DNA of 64,000 nt from Octopus sinensis (lineage: Eukaryota). The DNA lies in the NCBI RefSeq assembly GCF_006345805.1, contig NC_042998.1:39804001-39868000 (forward strand), in the 5' to 3' direction. A program made the position numbers and the translations under genes. This document shows, piece after piece, positions 25,001 through 35,689 of the stretch (position 1 is the first letter of the stretch; the number at the start of each line of letters is the position of its first letter). The notes beneath the pieces are model-generated. The model was not told where the DNA came from and ran no database searches. It saw only the letters and a list, made by a program, of their open reading frames with translations.

Positions 25001-28000
25001 ATGGGGTACACTCATATCGTTTGTCACCTTCACTTGATGGGTAAGGTCTAAGAACTTGTTGCAAGGGTTGCACATACTCTGCAATTCAGTGCTCCTCTAT
25101 TACCATCAATTTGCTCACTCAGCATCAGGTTACTTGTGGACAAATGTAGAGTTCTTTATTGCATTATCACTGGTGAGGATAAGTGATATCTTTATTATTT
25201 AGTATGAAGCTTTTAGAGAGGCTTAGAAATATTAATATTTCTATTTTTGAAAACCAGGATGTATTCCACTGAATTTAGGTAAATAATCCTTCAATCAGAC
25301 GGTCAGTAGTAACACCTGCCTGGTTTGGCTGCTCTACATTGATAAGGGGCAAATACCCTGAAACTAGTCTACAGATGCCAGTCCCGACAGGGGGAAGCGA
25401 CTGACCCCCTCTGTTCGAAGGTTATAATGGACACAGGTTCATGTGTCACATAGCTAGCTAGAGGCGATGGCCTCTTGGAGCTAATCAATGGCAGCATTCG
25501 TCCTATTTTTCTGGACTGCCATGTTAGCTTGGCGATAACTATTAATATATATATATATAGATAGATAGATTTATGTAAATATATGTAAAACTGGTTATTG
25601 ATACTTTCAATTACTTTTGGGTATACATGAGAAAAAATAGAACATTAAACTACACATCGTTTAATGGATGCCCTAGTATAAGTAATAAAGAAAACAATTC
25701 CTCCACTCAAAATGAACGAATTTACCTAACCACCCAATATCTTAAGCAAGAAATACTAATCTTTTGAGTTTTGTACTAATTACCTCTCCTTAAGCGTTTA
25801 TCTGCCTTTATATAAATTCATTGGCAAATGTTCATCTCACTATGGTCTCTTTGCTTGAAATAGCAACCAAATTTTCCTCAAATCATATTCTACTGACAAA
25901 GAAGGACATATTGGATATTATATAAAATAGACAGAATGGTTATGATTGAAATGCTTTCAATCAGAGTTCTATTTGACCAAAAGTGATAAGGAGATAATTG
26001 TACTATGTAATTATATGACTGTTTTGATAGACAACAGTATTGAACATACAAGAGTCTGACATCTTATTCAGTAGAACGAATGTGCTGCAATAGCTCATTT
26101 GTGACTTTGAAAACTGGCCTATACTCCATCACATGACAACAAGTAACAGTGTAACAGTGACAATATCCATTAATGGATGAAATAATTCTTTGTTCTGAGG
26201 AAGAGATAAACAACCAGAAAAAGGGTACTTGAATGTCTAATATTCTCAACACAATTTTAGTTATGTATTATTAGTGCTGTTGCATAGTTGAAGATTGAGT
26301 TTTTAGACTGGTTTATATTACATTCCTTGTAACTGTATGTAAATTCCAATTAAATGTTTCATAAGGTAAAAACCCTGCCAAAAATAGGTATCTGCGAGAT
26401 TATGATAAAGGAATTGTGAATGAGAATTTGTCAATCACCATAATACAGCACCCATGACTTCTGGAAACAATTTTTTGCACTCAGAATCACTGAAGAATGG
26501 AAGAAATTCCCTGTATCAGTTGTCAGCTGTTGGGACGCTACATCTTCAAAGCTTCCATGCTTCCTTACATTTGGTTTTCACCCCCAATTTATTTTACTTT
26601 TCTTTAAACAACTTATTCACTGTTCACTTTCTGTGCATATTCTGTGTACTGTTCATGCACTTTTGGCTACTTTTTCTGATGAGTTGTGGTGCACCTGAGC
26701 ATTGTATACAATAAATTTATTATTATTGTAACCAAAGTTATAGTTAAGACAGTTGTTCCTTTTGTGAAGAGAATAACAATGATAATTGACAGTATACATT
26801 TCTTTTGAATCTTTTATTTCATTAAACCAGTTTGTGCTGCATTGCTCCTGTCTTGGCTGCTAAAGTGATACCTGGTTGTGAGGTGACAGTAGGATCTGAC
26901 AAAGAAGACGAAAGATGGCCATATGCAAGAACAACAAAGGACATTAAGGAACTGGGTGCCACACATATCAACAAAGATGTTACAATATCCTTTGGTTTCC
27001 AATTTAAAAAGTGGTTCTCTTTTCATAAAACTAAAATGAAATGTATTTCTTCTTTTTTGGATTGCAGAAATCTGTTTATTGTATTATTAAGAAATTGGAA
27101 AATTATCGCTGTCTGGTAGCCTTTTTCTTAAAGTTTTATCTATTTATTTTCTCATTGAAATGGTTTTGGCTGAAAATGGTTGTATGAACAATTAGAAAAA
27201 AAGAAATTGCTGAATAATACTACACAAAATTGATAGAAATGAAAGTAATGTATCCCATCAAAGCCATATTCATTCGGGCAGTTGTTCTTTTGTTAAGGCT
27301 TATCACCAAATTTGTTGAGTGTATGCCATGGTTTATGAATATCTAACAATATATTACGAGATATTTACATGAAATTCATATCTTTGTATTACCTTCATCA
27401 GGTTGCTCATGATGGCATTACTCTAGTTAGTGTCTGTTGTTTGTTTGTCTCAAAAAATCCTATGGTCCATATTCTTTGACTATTTGGTAGAAAAATTCTG
27501 CCTCCTGAAATAACTGTAGACATCTGAAAAGTACATGTATCAGGATAGAAATTAATCATGTTAAGATGAAACACACATCATTTCTAATTTTCAGTATAAG
27601 CATAGTCATTACTATGCAGTGAAGAACTTCACTTTCCAACCATGTGGTTTCAGATTCAGTCCCACTGCATGTCCCCTCTTTTACTATAATCTCCGGGCCA
27701 TAGAAGGGAAACTGAAAGAAGACTTGTGTGTTTGTGTTTACATCTCACTTGTTTCACTTTGTATCATTATCACTCATTGCTGCCATTCATCATCAAACAT
27801 ATACAACAGAGAAAAAGATGGCCAACTCTGATGTCTGTGTCTTATAGTACGAATTTTTATTAGAAATATTGTGTTTGACTGGACTAAAAAGTTCCTTCTA
27901 CTCTGTATTAGAGTGTTATCTGAGTATCTGCCCTTCTAGATAGATAATCTATGTGGCTTATAAATTTCATCTGTTTGAAATACTATGATGGAGGTTTCAA

Positions 28001-28658
28001 GACCTTGGCCTTCCAAAAGAGCAAATTATTATTCAGTTGCAGGTTAGCTCTGAATGAAGAAACTTATGATAAAATGTGTTCCACTTGTTACTCTCTTGTC
28101 TTTTTGAGTATTTAAAATGATTTGTGGAAAATTTGTCTGCTATTTCTAGTAAGTTGAATGCCTGTATTGCTCCTAGGTTGGAAGGCTGTATGAAAATATA
28201 AATTTTTTTCAGTTCACAGAGGTAAGCAGAAAACTGAAAGGAGTTGATGAGGTTGGCCTAGGTAGAAGTGTCGTCAGTGGTTCTCTAACACTTTCTCAGG
28301 GTAATAGATGACCCTAATGGTGATTCATTTTGAAAATATCAAAGAATTTATTCAAATAATTGTTATTAAACTGAAGTTTTGATGTAAAGTTTTAATTTAG
28401 ATAATTTTTAAAATGATGATTTGCCCTTGGTTCTATAATACAGTCTAAGGCAGGTTGGAATTGAAACAGTTTTGATAAAATGGTTTTATTTATTATTTTT
28501 TTGTTATTTTTCTTGACCATTTGTTTTTTTATGAAGCCCATATTGATGTCAATAACCGCATTGTGACTGTTCCAGCCTTCATGTGTGAAACAGCAGTACA
28601 CGAAGTTTTTGATGGTATTGGTGAAATGGTAACAGGAGTACTGAAGCTGGTTAAATAA
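7463..28658 (+). CDS. GATD3: ES1 protein homolog, mitochondrial / glutamine amidotransferase-like class 1 domain-containing 3 (DJ-1/PfpI family), 7 exons, 254 aa: join(7463-7570,10997-11049,14771-14881,18664-18783,23229-23321,26831-26984,28533-28658)
   Basis: Exons total 765 nt with consistent phases and no internal stop. Motifs [77 protein letters not shown]...[11 protein letters not shown]. Arg-rich mitochondrial-type presequence (RRAFSS). Introns 1-5 are GT-AG; intron 6 is AT-AT. Confidence 0.95.
8511..8600. repeat. (TA)n/(TG)n microsatellite inside a SINE
   Basis: Long perfect TA run. Confidence 0.95.
9650..9975 (+). mobile_element. RTE 3'-UTR/tail fragments (5'-truncated RTE or tail-sharing SINE); further copies about 11965-12550, 18820-19440(-), 19780-20010(-), 23790-24000, 34395-34735(-), 38755-38985, 50925-51502, 57295-57980(-), 59430-59645(-), 63090-63645
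   Basis: Same sequence as follows the RTE ORF stop at about 33610 and 61540: AAAAGCACCCACTACACTC.GGAGTGGTTGGC.TTAGGAAGGGCATCC...CATGCTAGCATGGAAAGCGGACGTTAAACGATGATGAT. Confidence 0.85.
10001..10102. repeat. Compound microsatellite (TA)n(GA)n(GATA)n
   Basis: Seen directly. Confidence 0.95.
10997..11049 (+). CDS. GATD3: ES1/GATD3 exon 2 ([17 protein letters not shown])
   Basis: ttttAG acceptor, GTAAGT donor. Confidence 0.95.
12655..13059. mobile_element. 405-bp MITE with about 33-bp TIRs and 8-bp TSD
   Basis: Left end GGATCTTTTCGGTTTAAACAGCAG, right end reverse-complements to GGATCTTTTCGGTTTGAACGGCAG. Flanks GAATCTTG / GAATCCTG. Confidence 0.85.
14771..14881 (+). CDS. GATD3: ES1/GATD3 exon 3 (VLVHLSR...EPN)
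   Basis: cAG acceptor, GTAGG donor, phase 2-2. Confidence 0.95.
15400..15630 (-). mobile_element. Old RTE/BovB-type LINE C-terminal relic
   Basis: [37 protein letters not shown]...WENLAKNRS matches the RTE C-terminal pattern (RIPKQLLYGEL..GKR...KD.LK). Confidence 0.6.
16652..17871 (+). mobile_element. Decayed mariner (DD34D-type) transposon, near full length
   Basis: [17 protein letters not shown]; [18 protein letters not shown]; FQHDNA; diverged TIRs CGAGGGGGTACATAAAAG / ...CTTTTGGGTACCCAGTCG followed by TA. Many frameshifts. Confidence 0.85.
18290..18600 (+). mobile_element. Highly decayed RTE RT fragment
   Basis: [14 protein letters not shown]...LDEMQFG..GR.TKDAIF...LEKAFD remnants. Confidence 0.6.
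18664..18783 (+). CDS. GATD3: ES1/GATD3 exon 4 ([12 protein letters not shown]...[10 protein letters not shown])
   Basis: Pyrimidine tract + cAG, GTAAGT donor. Confidence 0.95.
23229..23321 (+). CDS. GATD3: ES1/GATD3 exon 5 (SSFAIDG...KKPV)
   Basis: tttcAG acceptor, GTAAGT donor. Confidence 0.95.
25333..25375 (+). ncRNA. Decayed minimal type-I hammerhead-like motif (U3-A8 variant)
   Basis: TTGATAA-GGGG CAAATA CCCT-GAAAC TA GTC. Stem I has a 2x2 mismatch. Confidence 0.45.
26831..26984 (+). CDS. GATD3: ES1/GATD3 exon 6 (LCCIAP...NKDVT)
   Basis: ccAG acceptor, followed by U12-type donor ATATCCTTT. Confidence 0.93.
26985..28532 (+). other. U12-type (minor spliceosome) intron with AT-AT termini, 1548 nt
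   Basis: Donor ATATCCTTT at 26985, branch-like TTTCTTGAC (A at 28516), intron ends ...tttttAT. This junction gives the in-frame NKDVT|EAHID join. Confidence 0.85.
28533..28658 (+). CDS. GATD3: ES1/GATD3 exon 7 ([20 protein letters not shown]...KLVK*)
   Basis: Conserved ES1 C-terminus, TAA at 28656-28658. Confidence 0.95.
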   Translation, partial: EAHIDVNNRIVTVPAFMCETAVHEVFDGIGEMVTGVLKLVK

Positions 28659-28896
28659 CTTCTTTTTTTTTACTTCCAAGCGTGCAGCAAATATTGCTGT
28701 TTTGCTTCTTCTGATTGCAGTTTCATTCACTTATTAGATAACAGTAAAAAAAAAAAAACAATTCAATTATTTAAAAAATTAAATAACATGAAACTAAAAA
28801 AAAGAAAGATCTCCCTCAATGGCAACATTAATTTCACACTTGGGAATTTAGAGAAATTTTGAAATGAAGATGCTGTAAAATTGGGCAGATGTTCCC

Positions 28897-28902
28897 AATA
28901 AA
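28897..28902 (+). promoter_or_regulatory. Candidate poly(A) signal of ES1/GATD3
   Basis: AATAAA about 240 nt after the stop, followed by T-rich sequence. Confidence 0.45.
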
Positions 28903-29249
28903 ACACTCAATGAAGATTTACTGTATTTAATTTTAGTCAAATATATTTATTATATTTCTACACATTTACTCCGGTTTGGTTTACTATATTTTTTGAAAAT
29001 GTGGTGTATGTCTTCTTTATTTATTTCATCTTATCTAATGCAAGTGGGATCTCTCAGGTAGTTGAGTGGATAGATTTTTCTAAAATCCATTTAGTGTCCA
29101 GGGAAACTAGAGACAAGCAGATAAATCTGTCCTCTTTTACATGTTTCAGTCATGTTGGGACATCCCCCCCTCTGAAGTTTAGTCAAACAAATCAACCATA
29201 GTACTAATTTTTTAAAGCCTGGTATTTATTCTATTGGTCCCTTTTCCCA

Positions 29250-30400
29250 CTCAAATGTGGAAGGGATATATCTCAATTATGCAAAAGCCTTTGATAAAGT
29301 CGCTCATGGTATGATATGTCACAAACTGCATGATCTCGGCATAGTCAGAAAATTGGGAGACTGGCTGTATGACTTTCTGAAAGATAGAAGTCAGGTGGTA
29401 GTAGCCAATAGGGTCACCTCCAATGACATGCAAATAGTGAGTGGTATTCTGCAAGGCACTGTTTTGGGACTACTACTGTTCATAATGGCCCTCTCAGACA
29501 TGCCCTCAGCCACACAGAGAGCCACAATTATAAGTTAAGCAGATGATACAAAAGTCTCACTGGTGATACAGAACCCCGAAGACTGCATCTGCAATGTGAG
29601 CTGGATGAAATATACAAGTGGGCTGAAAAGAATAGCATGCAGTTTAATGCTCAAAAGCTTCAAGCCTTGTGCTATCAACATGCAAAGCTAAATGCAATAC
29701 CTAATAAATACACTGGAACTGGTGGGAGTGCAATCCCAGAGGCACAGTCAGTGCAAAAACTGGGCATTTACATGAGTAATGATGCATCCTTCCATGTGCA
29801 TATTGCTAAGTTGGCAATGAAATGAAGGTGGCTGATCTGATGGATTCTTAGAACTTTTAGAACAAGAGATTGGGAAACCATGATGGTCCTTTGGAGGACA
29901 CTTGTTCTAAGACACTTTGACTATTGCTCTCAGCTGTGGTCACGAACCAGTGTCAGATTAATTGCCGAACTTGAGGCAATCCAACGAAGCTACAGAGAAA
30001 GATTCAAGAGATTAAGATTTTATTCCTTAGGGCGTAGGCGAGAAAGATATGCCATAATATACATCTGGAAGATCCTGGAGGGGCTTGTCTCAAACTTTGG
30101 CATCAAGAGTTACACAAATACTAGAACAGGTCGCCAAGGACTCCAAATTTGCATTCAAGAGATAGGACAAGATACTGCAAGAGCCTGGTCTTCAGGGAAT
30201 CACAACTCTTCAATATCCTCCCAAAAGACCTGAGAGAACTGCATGGGGTGGATGCAGGTGGCTTCAAAATGAAACTGGACCTCTTACGGTCAAGTGGTCC
30301 AGATGAGCCAACTTCTCGGCAGAAGAGGGCAGTGGCATCAAACTCCCTCATGCATCAAGTGTCAATTTCTAAAAAGCAATAGTGAAGTAAAATTATATAT
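29250..30400 (+). mobile_element. CR1-like LINE 3' RT fragment
   Basis: YL.YAKAFDKV.H...WL.DFLKDRSQ.V...SG..QGTVLG.LLF...ADDTK...LGI...YCSQLW...EAIQRS...RRRERY..IY.WKIL.GLV. Stops and frameshifts. Confidence 0.85.
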
Positions 30401-31044
30401 CAACATCAAATGGTGGTGTGCCAGCATGGCAACAGCTCATGAGCAGAAACTATATCAAATCAAATCAAACCATATGTGTGTGTGTGTGTGGTAAGTAGCC
30501 TGATTAACAACCACACAGTTCAGGGTTCAGACCCACTGCATAGCACCTTGTACAACTGTTTTCTACTAGAGTCTCAGGCCGACCAAAACCTTATGATTGG
30601 ATTTAGTAGACGGAAACGGAGAGAAGTCTGTCGTAGACATATATGTGTGTGTCTGTGTTTGTGTATTTGTTCCCCTAACATTGCTTGACAACCAATGCTG
30701 GTATGTTTACATCCCCTTAACTTAGCAGTTTGGCAAAAGAGAACTATAGAAAAGTACTAGGCATACAAAGAGTAATTCTTGGGGTTGATTTGCTCAACTG
30801 AAGGCGGTGCATCAGCATGGCCACAGTCAAATGACTGAAACAAGTACAAGAAAATATATGTGTGTGTATGAGTGTGTGCTTATATACATATGAATATGTA
30901 TGTATGTATATGTATATATACAAATATATATATATATATATACATATTTGTATATGTACATATGTGTATATATATATATATATCTATGTGTATATATGTA
31001 TATATAATATATGTGTGTGTGTATATATATAGGTATATTCAGGT

Positions 31045-34000
31045 ACATGAAGCTACTGTCCCCCGTCCCAGGGTCTCACAGGCCCATACCTCCCACACCC
31101 TCAGGGTTGGCACACTGAAAGGTAGGTCTGGTGAGATTGTTGAGAAGCTTGAACAGAGATGTGTCGATATGTGCTGCATCCAAGAAGTAACAGGCACAAG
31201 ATTTTCTGGGCAGGGAACACTGATGGAGTCAGGGGCGTGGGTATACTTCTTGCTGAGAAATGGGTGGATAAGGTAATTGAGGTAGTCAGAGTATGCAACA
31301 GAATACTTAAGATTAGATTAGTGCTTCATCATGGGTAGGCAACCATTATCTCGGCCTATGCCCCTCAGCCAGGGCTACCCGATGGACAGAAAGACCGATT
31401 CTATGACACCCTCTTGCAGACTACCTCGTTGACAAATGACAGGGACCTTCTCTTTGTGGCTGGTGACTTGGAAGCTTAAAGATCCTGCGAATGGACAGAG
31501 ATTTAGAAACATATTACTTGAAGCCTTTGACGAAATAGAAGGGGATATAGCTTCACATGGTGTAGAAGACAACTGGAGGTTTCTATGGGACAACCTGCTG
31601 AGGGCCACTGACCAGATCTGGTGCAAAGTCCCCTCTCGACCCAAAATAACGTGGTGGTGGAACAATGTTTTTGACTGGGCTGTTAGAGAAAAGAAACAGG
31701 CTTGGAAGAACGGTAGTAGCAGGGAATTGTATTAGACTGCCAGAAGGGAAGCTAGGAGGCAGGTTTATTCAGCCAGAGGGGAAGCAGATAAGAAAAAATT
31801 TGCCAATGTTCTGCGCCGTGAGGACCAAAGACTTGAGGTATTTCGTGTTGCAAGACAGTGTGTGAGAGAGAATCGTGATGTGGTAGGAGAAAAATGTGTT
31901 CACATGGATGATGGTTCACTTGCGTTAAATGAGGATTCAAAGAGAGCGATTTGGAGACGCCACTATGAAAGGTTGCTGAATAAAGAAAATGAATGGGATA
32001 AAGAGAGTCTGCTGAATGTCGACCCAACAGAGGGACCAGCAATCCGAGTTGACAGTTCCTTGGTAGTTAAGGCAATTAGAAGCATGAAGACAGTGAAAGC
32101 CCCAGGCCCATCAGGAATTACTGCAGAGATGCTCAAAATATCTGGTAGTGACGGCTATAGCCTAGTCACCCGTATAGTTAACCAGGTGATACATGAAGGA
32201 GTTATACCCAATGACTGGTGTAGCAGCATACTAGTCAACTGCTACAAAGGTAAAGGTGACGCCCAAGATACAAATAATTACAGAGGTATCAAGCTGTTGG
32301 ATCAGGTAATGAAGGTTATGGAGAGGGTCATAGCCCAACTGATTAGGGAGAGAGTCAATTGGATGAGATGCAGTTTGGTTTCGTGCCAGGGAAAAGCACC
32401 ACTGATGCCATATTTCTGGTGAGACAGCTGCAGGAGAAATACCTAGCCAAAGATAAGCCCCTGTACCTAGCTTTCATTGACACGGAGAAAGCCTTTGACG
32501 GGGTCCCCCGATCCCTTATCTGGTGGTCAATGAGGAAACTAGGGATACATGAATGGTTCGTGAGAGCTGTGCAAGCCATGTACAGGGATGCTGTCAGTAA
32601 GATAATGAGTACACTGAAGAATTCAAGGTAGAGGTTGGGGTCCATGGAGGTTCAGTCCTCAGCCCCTTCCTATTTATCATAGTCCTCCAGGCAATAACGG
32701 AGGAATGCAAGACAGGATACCCCTGGGAGCTCCTCTATGCTGACGACCTTGCTCTAATTGCTGAGTCACTATCAGAACTAGAGTAGAAGTTTCAAGTGTG
32801 GAAACAAGGATAAGAATCGAAGGGCCTTAAAATCAACCTAGCTAAAACCAAAGTCCTAATAAGTAGGAAGGCAGGCAAACCACAAATCCCTTCAGGTAGA
32901 TAGCCCTGCTCAATCTGTAGTAGAGGCATAGGTAGAAACTCTATAAGATATACCCAGTGTAAGCTATGGACACATAAGAGGTGCAGTAATATCAAAGCAA
33001 GGCTAACTGGGAAGATAGTTTTTGTATGTGGCAGATTCTCGGGAGCAATAAACACTGAAAATGTGCAGAGACCAACTTCTGCCACATTCCAGGGAGAAAA
33101 ACTAGAAGTAGTTGATAGCTTCCATTATCCAGATGGCCAAGTCAGTAGCGAAGGATGGTGCGCTGAAAGTGTAGCTGCTAGAATAAGAATAGCTGTGTCA
33201 AATTTCAGAGAGCTCTTACCTCTGCTGGTGACAAAGGGCCTTTCGCTCAGAGTAAAAGTTAGACTGTATGACGCATGCATACAAACAGCCATGCTACACG
33301 GCAGTGAAACATGGGCCGTGACTGCTGAGGACATGCATAAGCTCGCAAGGAATGAAGCCAGTATACTCCGATGGATGTGTAATGTCAGTGTGCATACTCG
33401 ACAGAGTGTAAGTACTTTGAGAGAAAAGTTGGACCTAAGAAGCATTAGATGTGGTGTGCAAGAGAGAAGACTGCACTGGTATGGTCATGTGGCAAGAATG
33501 GGTGAGAATAGCTGCATGAAAAATTGCCACACCCTAGCGGTTGAGGGAAGTTGTAAAAGAGGTAGATCCAGGAAGACCTGGGATGAAGTGGTGAAGCACG
33601 ACCTTTGAACAGGCCTCACCAAGGAAATGACTAGCGACCGAGACTTATGGAAATATGCTTTGCTCGAGAAGACCCGGCAAGCCAAATGAGACCATAACCT
33701 GTGGCCTATGCCAGGAGCGTAACCAGCCCGCTTATGTGTACCTTTTCCTTCTTTGGTCACTAAACTCTGCTTGCGAAGACCTGTTGAGGCAAGTGAAATC
33801 AAAATCAAAATCAAAATCAATTCGATGACTGGCATCCGTGCAAGCGGGGTGCAAAGAGCGCCATATGAGTGTAATCGTTGACAGAGCGGCTATTCGAGTA
33901 TGATCATTACCAACATCGCCTTACTGGCACTTGTGCCTGTGCTAGTAGGGTGCCTAGAGAACCATTTGAGCGTGATCATTACCAATGTCACTTCACTGGC

Positions 34001-34238
34001 ACATGTAAAACGATTTGAGCGAGGTAGTTGCCAGTGACGCCTGACTGGCTCCAGTGCTGGTGGCACGTAAATAGCATCCCCTTCACTTTCGGAATGGTTG
34101 GCGTTAGGAAGGGCATCAAGCTGTAGAAACTCTACCAGATCAAGATTGGAGCCTGGTGCAGCCATCTGGCTCGCCAGCCCTCAGTCAAAATCGTCCAACC
34201 CATGCTAGCATGGAAAGCGGACATTAAATGATGATGAT
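31045..34238 (+). mobile_element. RTE-clade LINE, near full length with internal deletions, 3' UTR and (GAT)n tail
   Basis: VGTLKGRSGEIVE; [11 protein letters not shown]; QFGFVPGKSTTDAIF; EKAFD; LLYADDL; MLHGSETW; RRLHWYGHV. ORF end about 33608, then UTR ending ATGATGATGAT. Confidence 0.95.
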
Positions 34239-34242
34239 ATAC

Positions 34243-34290
<48 letters not shown>

Positions 34291-34395
34291 GCATACATTC
34301 ATATATATACATATATACATATTTATATACATATATATACATATATATACATATATACATATATATATATATACATGCATATATATATATATACA
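34228..34395. repeat. (TA)/(TACA)-rich microsatellite; similar tracts at 30860-31030, 34740-34935, 35644-35690
   Basis: Seen directly. Confidence 0.9.
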
Positions 34396-34899
34396 TCATC
34401 ATCATCATTTAACATCCGTTTACCATGTTAGCATGGATTGGGCGGTTTGACCGGGGTCTGGTAAGCCATGGAGGCTGCACCAGGCTCCAGTCTGGTTTGG
34501 CAGTGTTTCTACAGGTTGATGCCCTTCCTAACGCCAATCACTCTGTGAGTGTAGTGGGTGTATTTTACGTGCCACCGGCACAGGGGCTGGATGAGGCTGG
34601 CAAGCGGCCACGATCGGTTGGTGCTTTTACATGTCACCAACACGGACGCTAGTCAGGCAGCACTGGCACCTGCCACGATCGGACGGTGCTTTTTACATGT
34701 CACCGGCACAGGTGTCTTAACTACAATTTCCATTTGATATATATATATACATATATACTAATATGCATACACATATACCCATATATATATAAATATACAC
34801 ATATATATATATACATGTATATATATATATATTATTTATATATACACCAATATATATACATATATATATATAAAGACACACGCATATATACATACATAT

Positions 34900-34930
<31 letters not shown>

Positions 34931-34944
34931 CATACATACAAGGA

Positions 34945-35640
34945 CAGAGGTTCACAATTAAAACTAGTTTCACCTGTGCCTCTGAGAACCTAATTTATGT
35001 AATAACCTGCTCGGGTTGCAGTCATCAGTACATTGGACAAACGAGTTTAACTTTGAGGAAGAGAATCACTCTGCATAAGGAGCAAATCCGTTTCCTGCAA
35101 TACAGACAAATTCCTCTTTGTGAACACAGAAAAATGAGCAGGTAACATCAAACCAAATTTTACAGTCTTCCCTTTCTACCAGTGCAAAGACACAATCTCT
35201 CAACTAGAACGCTTAAATAAAGAAACTTTTTTCATTGAAAAATACAAAACACGTCTTAATATGCATGCATAACCAACTTTTATATTTTTACATATTACAT
35301 CATTGTACATAAATCCCCTACTAAACAAGGTCCCCTTTTTTTAAACCTGTCTCCTTTCTGTACACATATTTTTTCCCCACCCAAAACCTAAACAGTCATC
35401 TATCTTACACACAACAATAACAATAATAACAACCAATTACCTCCCTTTACTTGTCAACTTGTAAAATCATTCACTCGTGAATTTCATTACAAACAACATC
35501 AACCAAATTTCTTCTTAAGAAAAAATATATATATTCATATAAATTAAACATTATATCATGAATAGCGATTGCGAAACCGGTCGATACATTAAAAATTATA
35601 TTATAACCATGTAAGTGTGCGTATTTTCCTTTTTTAATTT
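34945..35640 (+). mobile_element. Penelope-like element 3' fragment: GIY-YIG endonuclease (34951-35272, one frameshift near 35135) plus pseudo-LTR
   Basis: Hand translation FTIKTSFTCASENLIYVITCSGCSHQYIGQTSLTLRKRITLHKEQI...LCEH...FFIEKYKTRLNMHA* shows the (L)IY-YIG motif with CxxC/H residues typical of PLE endonucleases. Absent from the ORF track because it has no ATG. Confidence 0.85.
35552..35588 (+). ncRNA. Minimal type-I hammerhead ribozyme motif (A3-U8 variant) in the PLE pseudo-LTR
   Basis: TATC-ATGAATA-GC GATT GC-GAAAC CG GTC-GATA. Confidence 0.65.

Positions 35641-35689
<49 letters not shown>

Noticed and set aside
28533-28536. AT-AG alternative acceptor for ES1 intron 6
   Set aside because: AG at 28535-36 shifts the frame by 4 nt and destroys the conserved EAHID...PAFMC C-terminus.
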